DNA from: Vitrella brassicaformis CCMP3155
Lineage: Eukaryota > Protista > Chromerida
Length of the DNA stretch: 40,850 nucleotides
Assembly (NCBI GenBank): GCA_001179505.1
Contig: CDMY01000623.1
Span: forward strand, 1-40,850
Reading direction: 5' to 3'
The notes beneath the pieces are model-generated. The model made no database searches. It had not been told where the DNA came from and saw only the letters and a list, made by a program, of their open reading frames with translations. Below are positions 1 through 13,032 of this stretch, one piece after another; the stretch's first letter is position 1, and the number at the start of each line of letters is the position of its first letter. The translations under genes were made by a program, and so were the position numbers.

Positions 1-63
1 CCGGAGGACTTCGTCAGCCGCGGGCCATACAGGCCCCACACCAGTCCCGCTGCGGGGCTGTAA
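1..63 (+). CDS. Possible 3' end of a gene entering from the left (..PEDFVSRGPYRPHTSPAAGL*)
   Basis: Open, GC3-rich frame from position 1 to TAA at 61-63, followed by UTR-like sequence. Too short to identify. Confidence 0.25.
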   Translation, partial: PEDFVSRGPYRPHTSPAAGL

Positions 64-311
64 GGTGGCTGGCTGGACCTGGGTTCTGAATGTGCGTGTC
101 TGTTTGCATGTCTCGCGCTTGTTTGCAGTGTGCGACACGTTTTTCGCAGTCAACGAGCGCTGTCCGTTGTTTCTGCATGTATTGTTTCGCCTCATTTGCT
201 TGATACAAACTGATGCTTAGACGAACTTCGTCGCCCGTTTCATGCATCTACTTAAACCACTGTCGCTGATCGAGCTGACTATCGTCGTCATGTCATCCAT
301 CATTCACTTAT

Positions 312-753
312 CTATTTCAGGAAAAGCTGCACCAAAGACAGAGGGAGCAGCCGTCAGTGCACAGTTGAGTCAACTGTCCATACGTATGTGTGTGTGTGGT
401 CTTCTCCCTCGTCGCACTTACAGTACTTCTCTTGACGCATTTGCCCGTCGAGTCGATGCGCGGCGGACGGACGTAGTTTGGCGCGCACACACTCTCAGGC
501 TGGTTGAACTTCACCATGCACACACCGCCACCCATCGCCGCATGAGTAGCCCTTGCACAACTGCAGGCTCCCCAAGATCTGATCGGTCACACACACACAC
601 GACAAGCAAGAACACACACCGATCAGACCAGACAACACCACCCGGCTTGCGAATGAATCGCCTCGCTCTTTCTCTTTCTGCCCGCCTAGCCTACCGATGC
701 CGCATATAAAACGCGAGATCGGGTTCCTGGCCGTAAACTGGGAGAAGGGGAGT
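312..753 (-). pseudogene. Small spliced Cys-rich gene or pseudogene with an EGF-like segment
   Basis: Typical minus-strand introns (gtaggc..gtgtgtgaccgatcag; gtaagt..tctttggtgcag) define exons at about 695-753, 422-580 and 312-326. The middle exon reads CKGYSCGDG in one frame and GGVCMVKFNQPESVCAPNYVRPPRIDSTGKC in the next. The 5' end is unresolved. Confidence 0.3.
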
Positions 754-1114
754 CTGCGTGGGCGTTGGGGGATGGATGGGATCGATGGGATGGGGTGCCA
801 CTTGGCGGTCATTAAAATACACACACACGGTATGCACGTCTGCAGGCACGCAGGGGGGTAGGAAGGTGAATCGGCTCACACACACACACACGCGCGCGCG
901 CGCGCGCAACGCTGATTCGTCCACTCCTCCGTCCACACACACCATTGCATTGCGAACACATCTCAGCTCACTCACTCGACGGGAAGGAAGCAACACGACC
1001 ACGCACACAGAGAAAGTGCAATCAACCCACCCATTCACGCATCTCATCATTCCCACGATGGACTGCTTTGCCTGCCTGCACACACACGTGGCTGCAACCA
1101 TCGCGTCCGTCATC

Positions 1115-3396
<2,282 letters not shown>

Positions 3397-3654
3397 CTCA
3401 AAAGATCTCCCCGTCGGCCAGAGAAACCATTGCGAGCTCACAACTGCGAGCTGTCCTTCCCAGTCACCAGGAGTGACGGTGCGACAGTGTGAGGGCACCC
3501 GTTGCCCCATTTTAGATAGATAATTCACATCGGGCATTTTGGTTGCGAAGCAGAGCAGCGTGCGCACATCGGTCCTCCGGTGGCTCCCCCGGCTGTAGGG
3601 CGCCCATCGACTGACTGACGTGGATACCTTTGAAAGAGTGGCCCGCAGGCGGCC
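3397..3654. promoter_or_regulatory. Putative bidirectional promoter between PRMT1 and the NCL-type exchanger
   Basis: About 260 bp, microsatellite-poor, between two divergent start codons. Function is inferred from position only. Confidence 0.5.
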
Positions 3655-6600
3655 ATGGGGGAAGTACTCGGGAAGTTCTTCATTCCAGTGAGCTGCAACC
3701 ACACGCACCGCACACACAGATGTCATATGAGATGGATGGATGGTTGGCATGTGTTCTGTTTGGGCGGGCGCGTGCGTGTGTGTGTGTGTGTCAGGTGGAT
3801 GAGATCCCGTATGACGTGCCTGGGTTCATCCAGGTGCTCTTCCTGGGCGCCTGCTATGGCTACATCCTCTTCAATGCGGTGAGTGAGTGAGTGAGTCAGT
3901 GAGTGGGCTGAGGGGCTGAGCTCTCTGTGTGAGAGGGGGACCATGTCGAGAACCTCTCTCTCTCTCTCTGTCTGTGTGTGTGCGCGTGTGTATTGTGTGA
4001 CACCGCCCGCGTGTCTATCGCTCCCTCAATCAGAGCAATTTGATATCGGAGGGCAGCGAGTTGCTGCTGCTGGTGCCGTCCTTAGCGGGCCTGGTGGGGT
4101 CGGTGGTGCTGCCCGTCCTGGGAGCCGTCCCGGACGGCGCCATCGTCCTCTTCTCCGGTCAGACTGGCAGCCAGCCACGCACGCAGACATGCAGGGAGGG
4201 AAGGTGCGTTGCATTGCGGTGCAGGGCTCGGCCCTGACGCGCAGGAGCAGCTGTCAGTGGGTGTGGGCGCACTTGCAGGTAGGTAGCTGGGTGGACCATC
4301 GATGGATCGACCACAGAGACTGACTGCACGGACAGAGAGAGAGTACATGGACCGACTAGGCAGCATGGATGGATGGATGGATGTGTTGTCACGTTCGTTG
4401 GTTAGGTTCGACGATAATGTTGCTGACGATCCCCTGGTTCCTGTCCATTGTGGGGGGCCGTGTGAATGTGCTGGAGAGCGGGGAGCTGACCTACAAGAAA
4501 CCCAAGGACGCCGACCCCGACTGGAAGAAACTCGACCCGCCAAACAACTGGAGCCTCACACGTATGTGTGTGTGTGACGGACAGAACAATCAATCAATCA
4601 AGCAATGGATAAGGGGATGGGTGGGCGGTGTGAATGATGTGGTGTGGTGTGCCCTCTCTGTCTGTGCGGTGTGTGCACTATGGCCTGCAGAGACGGGCGT
4701 CAAGTGCAACAAGAGCATAGCGGTCAACGGCAAGATCATGCTCCTCACCGCCATCACCTACCTCGTCATACAGGTCGGGGGGTGGACACACGCTACCTAC
4801 CACACAGACAGACAGACAGACAGATGGAATGGAGACACACACCTGCATGCCTCTCCTGCTGTGCGTGCAGATCCCGGCCTTTGCCGTCATCCACGACACC
4901 ATCGAGCAGAAACGATCCTTTGAACGGTTGGCATGCCGGTTTGCCTGCCTGCCTGCGTGGCGGCAGACAGACAGACTCACCGTCCGGTAGCCGTCTGTTC
5001 GTTCGCTCATGCTTGATGCGTGCAGTTGGTTTGCCTTCTCCGGCATGTTGATTGCCATTGTGTGCTTCGTCCTCTACCTCGTGTACCAGTTCTGGCAGGT
5101 CACACACATACACACTCACATGCGGCAGACATACGTGTGTGTGTGTGTGTGTGCAGGCTAAGGGCGAGCACAACCAGGTGCTTGAAGACGAAATCATAGA
5201 ACTCCGGTATACATACACAGACACATACACACACACGAGGCAGGCCAACATGAGCACGCTGTCTTGTGTGTTCGTGTGTGTCGCGGATGGCTGGCTGGAC
5301 GGATGGATGTGTGTATGTGTGTGTGTGTGTGCAGGAGGAAGGCCCTCAAAGACGGCATGCTCACTCTGAGAGGCGTACGCACCCACACACATGACTGACA
5401 CACCTGCACGTGTCTGCCTGTCTACCTGTCTGTATGTGCTGTGGATCTACGCCTGCAGGCGATGTTTGAGTTGTTCCGCATGCTGGAGCCGCACGACTAC
5501 TCGCCTCGATTCTCCGAGACCCACGGCCTCCGTGGCAGCCCGAGTGTGCAGCAGGGCACCGTCTCTTCCACCGACAGCGTCGGGGCCGACGGCAAGACAC
5601 GGCCCCTGCTGCAGGCCTTCCCACCGAAAATGAGACACCAAATGAAGGTACCTACCCACCCATTTGTTCACCGGTCGATCCATCGATGGCATACATGTGT
5701 TCATGTGTTGATGTGTGCAGGAGGTGCTCCGTCCGTTCTTTAACGAGCTGGATTTGGACAAGACGGGCTCACTCGACCATGATGAGGTGGCACTGGGACG
5801 GAGGGAGGGAGGGAGGGAGCAACAATCTCGTGCATGGTTGTGTGTGGTTGTGTGGCTGGCTGTCTGTGGTCGGTCAGATCCGGATCATGTTCCGCAACCT
5901 GAACGAGGCTCCCACCGAGCGCGAGATACACGACTTCATCAAAAAAGCCGACATGGACAAGTCAGTCAGTCACTCACTCACTCAGCCAGTGACACACAAG
6001 AGAGAAACCAACACACCCCAACACGGCACAGCACAGCACGGCATAGCACGGCAGACGAAGCCACAGACTCGTTCATGTCTGCTTGTGTGGATGGATGGAT
6101 GGATGGACCCACAGTTCCGGCGTGATAGAGTTTGAGGAGTTCGTCAACGCCATGATACACTACGTCAAGAAGAGGTACCCACCCACCCACCATGACATAC
6201 ATCCCCCTATGCCCCTATGCACGTCTTGATTTCCTCACTGATCGGTTGACCTCGTCGGTGGGTGGGTGGGTGCGGTTCGTGTGATGAATGCAGCCCGGAG
6301 CAGTTTTCGATGGCCGTGGACGGGATGCGGACTTCGGTGGGCAGCGAGGCAGCCGGCATCGGGGCGGTGGAGGAGCAAGACGAGGAAGAGGGCGAAGATG
6401 AAGAGGAAGAATCCATCCCAGGTCAGTCAGTCAGTCAGTCTCGGGCAGTCAGCACACAGTGAGGAAGCGATGGAGGGAATCGTCCGTAAGGATGCACTCA
6501 CTGTGTGGTGTGGTTGTGTCCATGGCGTGTGGTTGTTTCATCAGACGATTTGGCTCATCTGAGTCCCGAGCAACAGCAGCTGCGCATCAAGATTCGCGCG

Positions 6601-7644
6601 GCCTACATGATGCTCGTCGGCACCGCGCTGGTTCTGCTCTTCTCTGACCCTATGGTGACACACACACACACATACGGAGAGAGACAGAGAGAGAGAGCGC
6701 CATCCATCCATCCACCCGCGAGGAATTGTGTGGATCGTTCGTGTGCTGTGCTGTGCTGTGTGTGTTGTGACTGTGCGTGCAGGTGGATGTGTTCAGCAGT
6801 GTGGGCGAGCGGACGGGCGTCCCCGCCTTCTACATCTCGTTTGTCCTCGCACCACTAGGTCAGTCAGGTCGCCTGTGATGCGACTGACACACCACCACAC
6901 ACACACTCGTGTGTAGCTCGCTCACGACGGACAGACAGACAGGACATATGGATGGCTGGCTGGCTGGCTGATATTCCGTGTGTTGTGTTGTGTTGTGTTG
7001 TGTGTGTCGCGTGTGTGTATAGCGTCGAATGCGTCTGAGCTGATAGCGTCTTACAACTACTCACTCAAGAAGACCAGAAAGACCATCACCATCGCATTCG
7101 CAGGTTTGTACCACATGACACCACACCACACCGGTCGTGCTGACTGACGCCTTTGTTGCTGGTCTCTGCTCATCTGTGTGATGTGTTGTGTAACACGACT
7201 GCCTGCCTGCCTGCATGCGTTCGTTGATTGATGATAGCTTTGGAGGGTGCGGCCTGCATGAACAACACATTCTGCCTGGCCATCTTCCTGGCGCTGGTGT
7301 TCTTCCGGTCGCTCGTGTGGTCCTTCAGCGCCGAGACCCTCGCCATCCTGCTCGTGGAGCTCTGCATGGGATTCATCGCCATGAAACGGGTCAGTCAGTC
7401 ACACAGACACACACACACACACACACACACACAGCTGTCCGTTTGCCGACTGAATGACATGGATGCGCGTGTGTGTAAATGAATGTGTCCATGTGTGTGT
7501 TCGGCGATATGGTTGTGGTCTGTCTGTCTGTGTGTGTGTGTCTGTCAGGTTCACCTTTTGAAGGACGGTCTGTTTGTGTTGGCGCTGTACCCCCTGTCGA
7601 TCATGTTCGTCTGGGTCATGGAGAACGCCTTCGGCTTCGACTAA
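3655..7644 (+). CDS. Sodium/calcium (cation/Ca2+) exchanger with two EF-hands, NCL/EFCAX type
   Basis: Alpha-1 repeat LISEGSELLLLVPSLAGLVGSVVLPVLGAVPDGAIVLFSG..GALAGSTIMLLT; EF loops DLDKTGSLDHDE and DMDNSGVIEFEE; acidic linker; alpha-2 region FYISFVLAPLASNASEL..GAACMNNTFCLAIFLALV; TAA at 7642-7644. Confidence 0.93.
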
Positions 7645-8500
7645 AAAAAAGGCTCCCTCTCTGCACGCCCACCAAACCGACACAAAGCCTGGCAGAGCAG
7701 ATAGTCAGTTTAGCCGTCCGTCAACCAGCCAGTGTGTGTAGTCAGGGAGAGAGGGAGGGAGGGAGGGAGGGAGCGAGGGTCATTTAGATCAGAGCGAGAT
7801 GTAGGTGGCTGGCCGTACACACACGCACACCCATTACATAACATATACTACAATATGACGTGTACACAGCATACATACCATGGCGTGTGATTGATTAGAG
7901 GACTGCACGTGTGGGGGCGGGCGGGCGGGGCAGTGGGTGATATATCGGTCAATCAATCAAAGGGTGGGTGGGTGGATCCGATGGAGCCAGACGGGAAGAG
8001 CTCTGGTGGGGTGGGGCGAGGGGGTGCCGAACGAAGAGAGGAGTGCGTGTGGCCATCCGCCAGATGGCCAAGCAAATGGGCGGGAGATCAAGTGTGGGTG
8101 ATTGCCTGCCTGCCTGCCATACGGGGGCTCTTTCTTTCTTTCTGTCCATCAGGGGGCATCAGTGGTTGGTGAATTGAAGCAGAATGAATGATGACTAGGT
8201 AGCCAGCCTACCTGACCTGCCTGTGAGGGTGGGTGGTGGACGATTCGATGCGACCGACGATTGCTGGTCGATACAAACCGCCTGCATGCCTGCCTGCCTG
8301 CCTTGATGCGTCTCGTTTGGTTTGGTTTGGTTTCTTGCTATAGTCAGGTTGCGTGGCATGCAGTCTGCGGTGCGGTGTGGTGTGGTGTGGTGTGGTGTGG
8401 TGCGGCAATGGTGCGGTGCGGTGGTGTGAGAGGGAGAGAGGCTGCTGTACAGCGAGTGGGTGAGTGAGTGAACACCTGACTGATTTGGACTGACTGCAGC

Positions 8501-9839
8501 ATGACCATTCATTATGATCGACGCGTCGTGTTTGGCTGCGTGCGTGTCGGTGTGTTCCCTCGTCAGCGGTCTGTCCGTTCGCACCCAATTAACCTTGGAA
8601 GGACAGCTCAGCCACTCGCGTCAAGGTGTCCATCTGCCACACACACAGACACACACACGCGCCCCTCCTCCCCTCCCCTCCCTCCGTGTGTGCGTGGGCC
8701 GTCCACTGCTGCACACACACACGCAATCAATTAATTAATTAATTAAGGCTAGGCCGGCCGCCATCTCTCTCGCAGCACCCTGACTGAGCTTGTTGGTGTA
8801 GCCGATCGACGGTGTGGTCTGATTTGAGTGAGTGAGTGAGTGGACTCGGTCCCTGTGTGTCTGTCTCATGTAATGTAGCTGGCTGCTGGACGGACAGGAC
8901 AGGTGGGTGTGGGTGGTGTGGGTGGGCATTGAGTGACCGAGTGACTGACTGAGTGGGTGTCAGTCAAGTGTGAATTGCTTTGCGTGCGAGGCACTGCAGG
9001 CGACGGACGGGTGGCATGCGGTGCGGGCACACAGAGACAGTAAGTAAGTACTTGCTGCACTGCAAAGTGGCGGGCACCGAAAATACCTGCACCTCACACC
9101 TCACACCTCTGCTCTGTGTGGGTGGATGTCCGTCCGTCCAAAGAGCCAAATGGCTGGCGAAACTTTAATTAAGTGCAGACACAATGAAACAGAACGAGGG
9201 CACCAGAAACTCTGCTGCCATGTGCTCTGTTGGTTTTATATTGTCTACGTCATCGTATATATGTGACGTGCTATCGTCCAGTTCAGTGCATTCTATTCAT
9301 CGCTGACTGAAGTCCCTCCACCTCCCTGAGCGGCATCAAACAGCATCAAGGTAGGCAGGCAGGAAGGTGGGTGGGCAGAGAGAGACCACCTGACTGACTG
9401 AGACACTATGAATGCATCTCTCTCTTCTGTGTCTGTGCGCTGCAGAGACAAACAGCCACCTGGGGTTTGCACACGCATCGCATCGCATGGGGGCAGAGAA
9501 GACAAGAGGCTCTCTTTCTGTGTGTGTGCGCAAGCAAGATCGTGCTGGGAGCTAGTCAATCGGTTTGTGTGTCGCTTGGCGCAAGACACGCCACGACGCC
9601 CCCCATCCCTCCCTGTCTGGACAGCTAGGTAGTTCACTGAGTGAGTGAGTGGCCAGCCAGCCATTCGGCCGCTTCCGTACAATCTCTCGAGAGGCAGGTA
9701 CGGCACAAGAGAGAGAGAGACATGGGGGTGTCACCGTGTCAGACAGTCCAGGTGTGCATCGCTGCATTCACACCGGGCGAACACGATGAGCATTCAGAAT
9801 GTGTGTGTGGCTATCGGGATTATCGATGCGATCGAGTAG
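8501..9839 (+). CDS. Hypothetical many-small-exon gene (or spliced lncRNA)
   Basis: A chain of GT-AG introns of the local style can be joined in phase to ..TLTELVGVADRR..SQMAGETLINPSTSLSGIKQHQETNSHLGKIVLGASQSLAIRPLPYNLSRGRC..IGIIDAIE*. No family is recognised and splice choices were made by eye. Confidence 0.28.
8729..8746. repeat. (TTAA)n palindromic microsatellite
   Basis: aattaattaattaattaa read directly. Confidence 0.85.
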
Positions 9840-10284
9840 GGTCCTGAGCACACCACAGACAGACACACGCAGCCAGCAAGACGCCGGGACCACACAAACC
9901 TCTCAAGTAAGCATGGGTGCGTGCGTGAGAGACACCTTGTACGCCGAGCACCCACACCACCGATGCGATGCGTGTATACAGCTGGCGTTCTTTGTTTTGT
10001 GTTGTTTTTGTTTCAGTTATGTTTGTTTGCTTTCCCTCTCCCCCCTCTTTTCTTTGTTACAAAATGAAAAGAAAAGAAAAGAAAAGAGAAGAGAGACCAG
10101 CCGGACTAGTTGTTGAGTGAGACGACCAGCCCGCCAGCCAGCCAGCCAAAGTGATGTCTGTATGCATTCACCCCCTCTCTGTCTGTTCATTGCGCTCTCT
10201 GTTTCTGTGTTTCGGTCTGTAAGTATGTTTCTACAAGGACGATCACACACACACACACACACCGATGGAGAGCGAGAGAGGGTA

Positions 10285-10907
10285 TCATAGGACCAAACCC
10301 ACTCGTGTTAGAACACAAAGGCAGACGCACCGACCCCAAAAAAGCTCACAGACGGCCGGCCACACACGTGCACTCCATTCACACCATCCATGGGCGTCAG
10401 TGTGTGACCTCCGGCAATGTACACAGACAGACTCAGGCAGAGAGGAAGACGAAGGGAGACAGCCGGACAGACTTGTTGCCCCACCCCCCCTCTCCCCCCC
10501 TCTGAGTAGCCAGCCGTGTGTGTGCATCTAGTCCTGAATGGTGGTGGTTGGGTGGATGTGTTGGTATCCCTGACGGGTGGTGCCCACTCACTTCGAAGGC
10601 AGCTTGTACTCTAACAAACGGACAGACAGACAGACAGACAGACAGCACAGATCATTATGGTGATAGATGGCAGGACGGTGTGGGGATGCCGACATTGTAT
10701 GCCTACCTTCGCTGCCTGGGAAGTAGACGATTCTCTTTGTGCCTCCACTTTCGTAGCTAATGGCCAGGGGTCCCTCAGCCTCAAGCGAAAGGGATTCCCG
10801 CTTTAACGTAATTCCAACGTGATAGAGGGATTGAACCACGGTACCGGAAAAGTTCTGCAGAACCCACACAAACACACACAGACGCGCAGCCAGACACATC
10901 ACAGAGG

Positions 10908-10938
<31 letters not shown>

Positions 10939-11570
10939 GGATCCCCTTTGCTGTAGGTCGGTGCATATGTATCGTCGGTGTACTGACCGGTTTGGGAGTG
11001 ATGCAGAAACTCCTGCTTCTTGCCTTGCGCTCCAACTCTTCTATATAGTGTGCCTCGGGGAGTCCGTACACCTTGCCCTTGGCGCAGGAATCAGCAAGAG
11101 ATGACCTCATGCAGATGCCCTGCACAGATACACACACATATGCACATACTGCACTGTCACTTGCCCACTCTCTCACTCGCTCACCTTGCCGGTGGTGGGA
11201 TGTTCTCCCCAACCTTCCATCGGTTCGCCGTCCCAGGCGACGAAAAAAAGAGTGTAGACCACACACATGTCGCCCTTGGCGCACGGCATGGGGTCGTAAT
11301 CCTTTGACGAGTACTTGTAGCCGTCCATCGTCCAGTATTCCTTGCCAGCAGCAGCATCGACACCGATGCGATGCGCGTCAAACGTCACATTGCATATTTC
11401 CCGGTCGGCTGCGTACACACATATATATGCGATGCATGGCGCCACACATCCATTTCATACGTGTGTGTGTAATGCACCTGTATTGGTGGACGTGGCGAGA
11501 TCCTCCTGTGTGCGGCTCGAACGGGAGTACGACGTGTAGCGCCCACCGCTGCGGCCAGGCTACACATAAA

Positions 11571-11606
<36 letters not shown>

Positions 11607-12480
11607 TGCAGATGAAGACACAACGAAAGCTGTGCAGCGGGTCTGGTCACGCGTACGTGTTGCGAGTCAGTGATGGTGGCGGCACCGCGAGGCTGATCGT
11701 ATGCGGCTCCGTCAGCTGCAGCCACCCGTCAATCCATTCGGGCAAACAAAGGCAGACACATGATGGTGCATTCCCAACAGCAGCTGCCTTCGTGTGTGTG
11801 TGTGTGTGTCTGTGTGTGTGTGTACCTGTTAGGCCACGGATGCGGTCCTCTACGTTGTCGATGGCGGCGAGGGCTGAGCCGCTCAGCTCGTTGGTGGCAC
11901 TGGTGAGCTTGTTGGCCGATTGCCTTGCCCATCTGGATCTGCTGCAGCAGCATCGACCGCTCACCAGCACCCAACACAGCACCTGCACAGAGAGAGAGAG
12001 GGTGCCATGTGTGCAGCATGTGTGTGGGTGCAGGTGGACGCACCGTGTTTGTTGGCGGCCATGGCGGTGTCCGTAGCGGCCTGGATCTCCTCACCACGGC
12101 CGACAAACGACGCACCTGCACATAGCGGACGGACAAGTCGAAGGAACGGCCACACACGTCCATAGATCTCACAGATGGAGAGCTCCGCCCACCGTATGCG
12201 TCGGTATTGCAGTCCTTCCCCTCCTCGCAGTCGGGACCGTGGCTTCCCTCGCCCACCCACGCCTCTGCAGCCATAGATCAGCCATCCAAATGGACAAAAG
12301 AGCACCGAAAACACAAAGAATGGGCAGATCTGCCATGGTGCATGGTCGCTTCGGTGCGTGTGTGTCCCCCTGTGGCACACCTCGGTCGTCGGTGCGCTGG
12401 GCCGCCAGCAGCGGCTGCACAGTGGCGGCCAGGCCGACCACCAAGATGAACCCGAGGCCGAAACGACGCATCACGATCAT
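10285..12480 (-). CDS. Secreted protein of unknown function (signal peptide, helical/coiled-coil segment, Cys/Trp-containing C-terminal domain) with an internal +1 frameshift near 11920
   Basis: MIVMRRFGLGFILVVGLAATVQPLLA signal peptide; exons EAWVGEGSHGPDCEEGKDC, ANKLTSATNELSGSALAAIDNVEDRIRGLT, ADREICNVTFDAHRIGVDAAAGKEYWTMDGYKYSSKDYDPMPCAKGDMC, NFSGTVVQSLYHVGITLK. The 3' end is uncertain. Confidence 0.6.
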
Positions 12481-13032
12481 CGCCAACGGCTCAGCAAACC
12501 TCGCAGACGATGGGCTCACTGGCGGCTCAGAGAGGAGAACAAGAACTCGCAGCTCTCTCGCCCGGCCCTCGGGTTTTCCTGGCCGTAAACTCGCTTCCCA
12601 TTTTTTTTTTACTGTGTGGCGGGCAACTGCCTGAAATGAAAAACTGCGGTGGAGGCACCGAAGATTGAAAACGCGCAGTGGGAGACAGCGAGACATTTGA
12701 AAAGATGCGGTGGAGAGACAGGTAGATGTACAGGATGATCTCCTCGTGCGCAGTGTGTGTGGTTCGTCGCCCACCGACAAGATCTTCGCCACACCGCAGG
12801 CCGCTGACACGTACAGGTGGCTTGTGCACAGACACATATCCATGACGTGGCGCACACAGGAGCGATCATGGCATGGCGGATGACATCATGGCTGCGCTAA
12901 GTGCATGCGCCGTGCGTGGGGTGCGCGTGGAGGGATGGGATCCACAAAGAGCTAGATGTATACTATGCTGCAGGGTGGCGTGTGTGTGTTTGCGTGCAGG
13001 TGCGTCGTGACGGCCGGTGCGTCTGGCAGCCA

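Noticed and set aside
195-510. In-frame TGA at 495-497 read as selenocysteine (..EVQPA-U-ECVRAKL..) with a SECIS near 205-250
   Set aside because: The candidate ATGA..AA hairpin (gacgaacttcgtc) is far too short for a SECIS and has no GA quartet partner; codon usage after the TGA favours another frame.
9750-9847. EGF-like reading VCIAAFTPGEHDEHSECVCGYRDYRC
   Set aside because: The phase-consistent, more GC3-rich path uses another frame; Cys enrichment is expected from TGT/GTG repeats.
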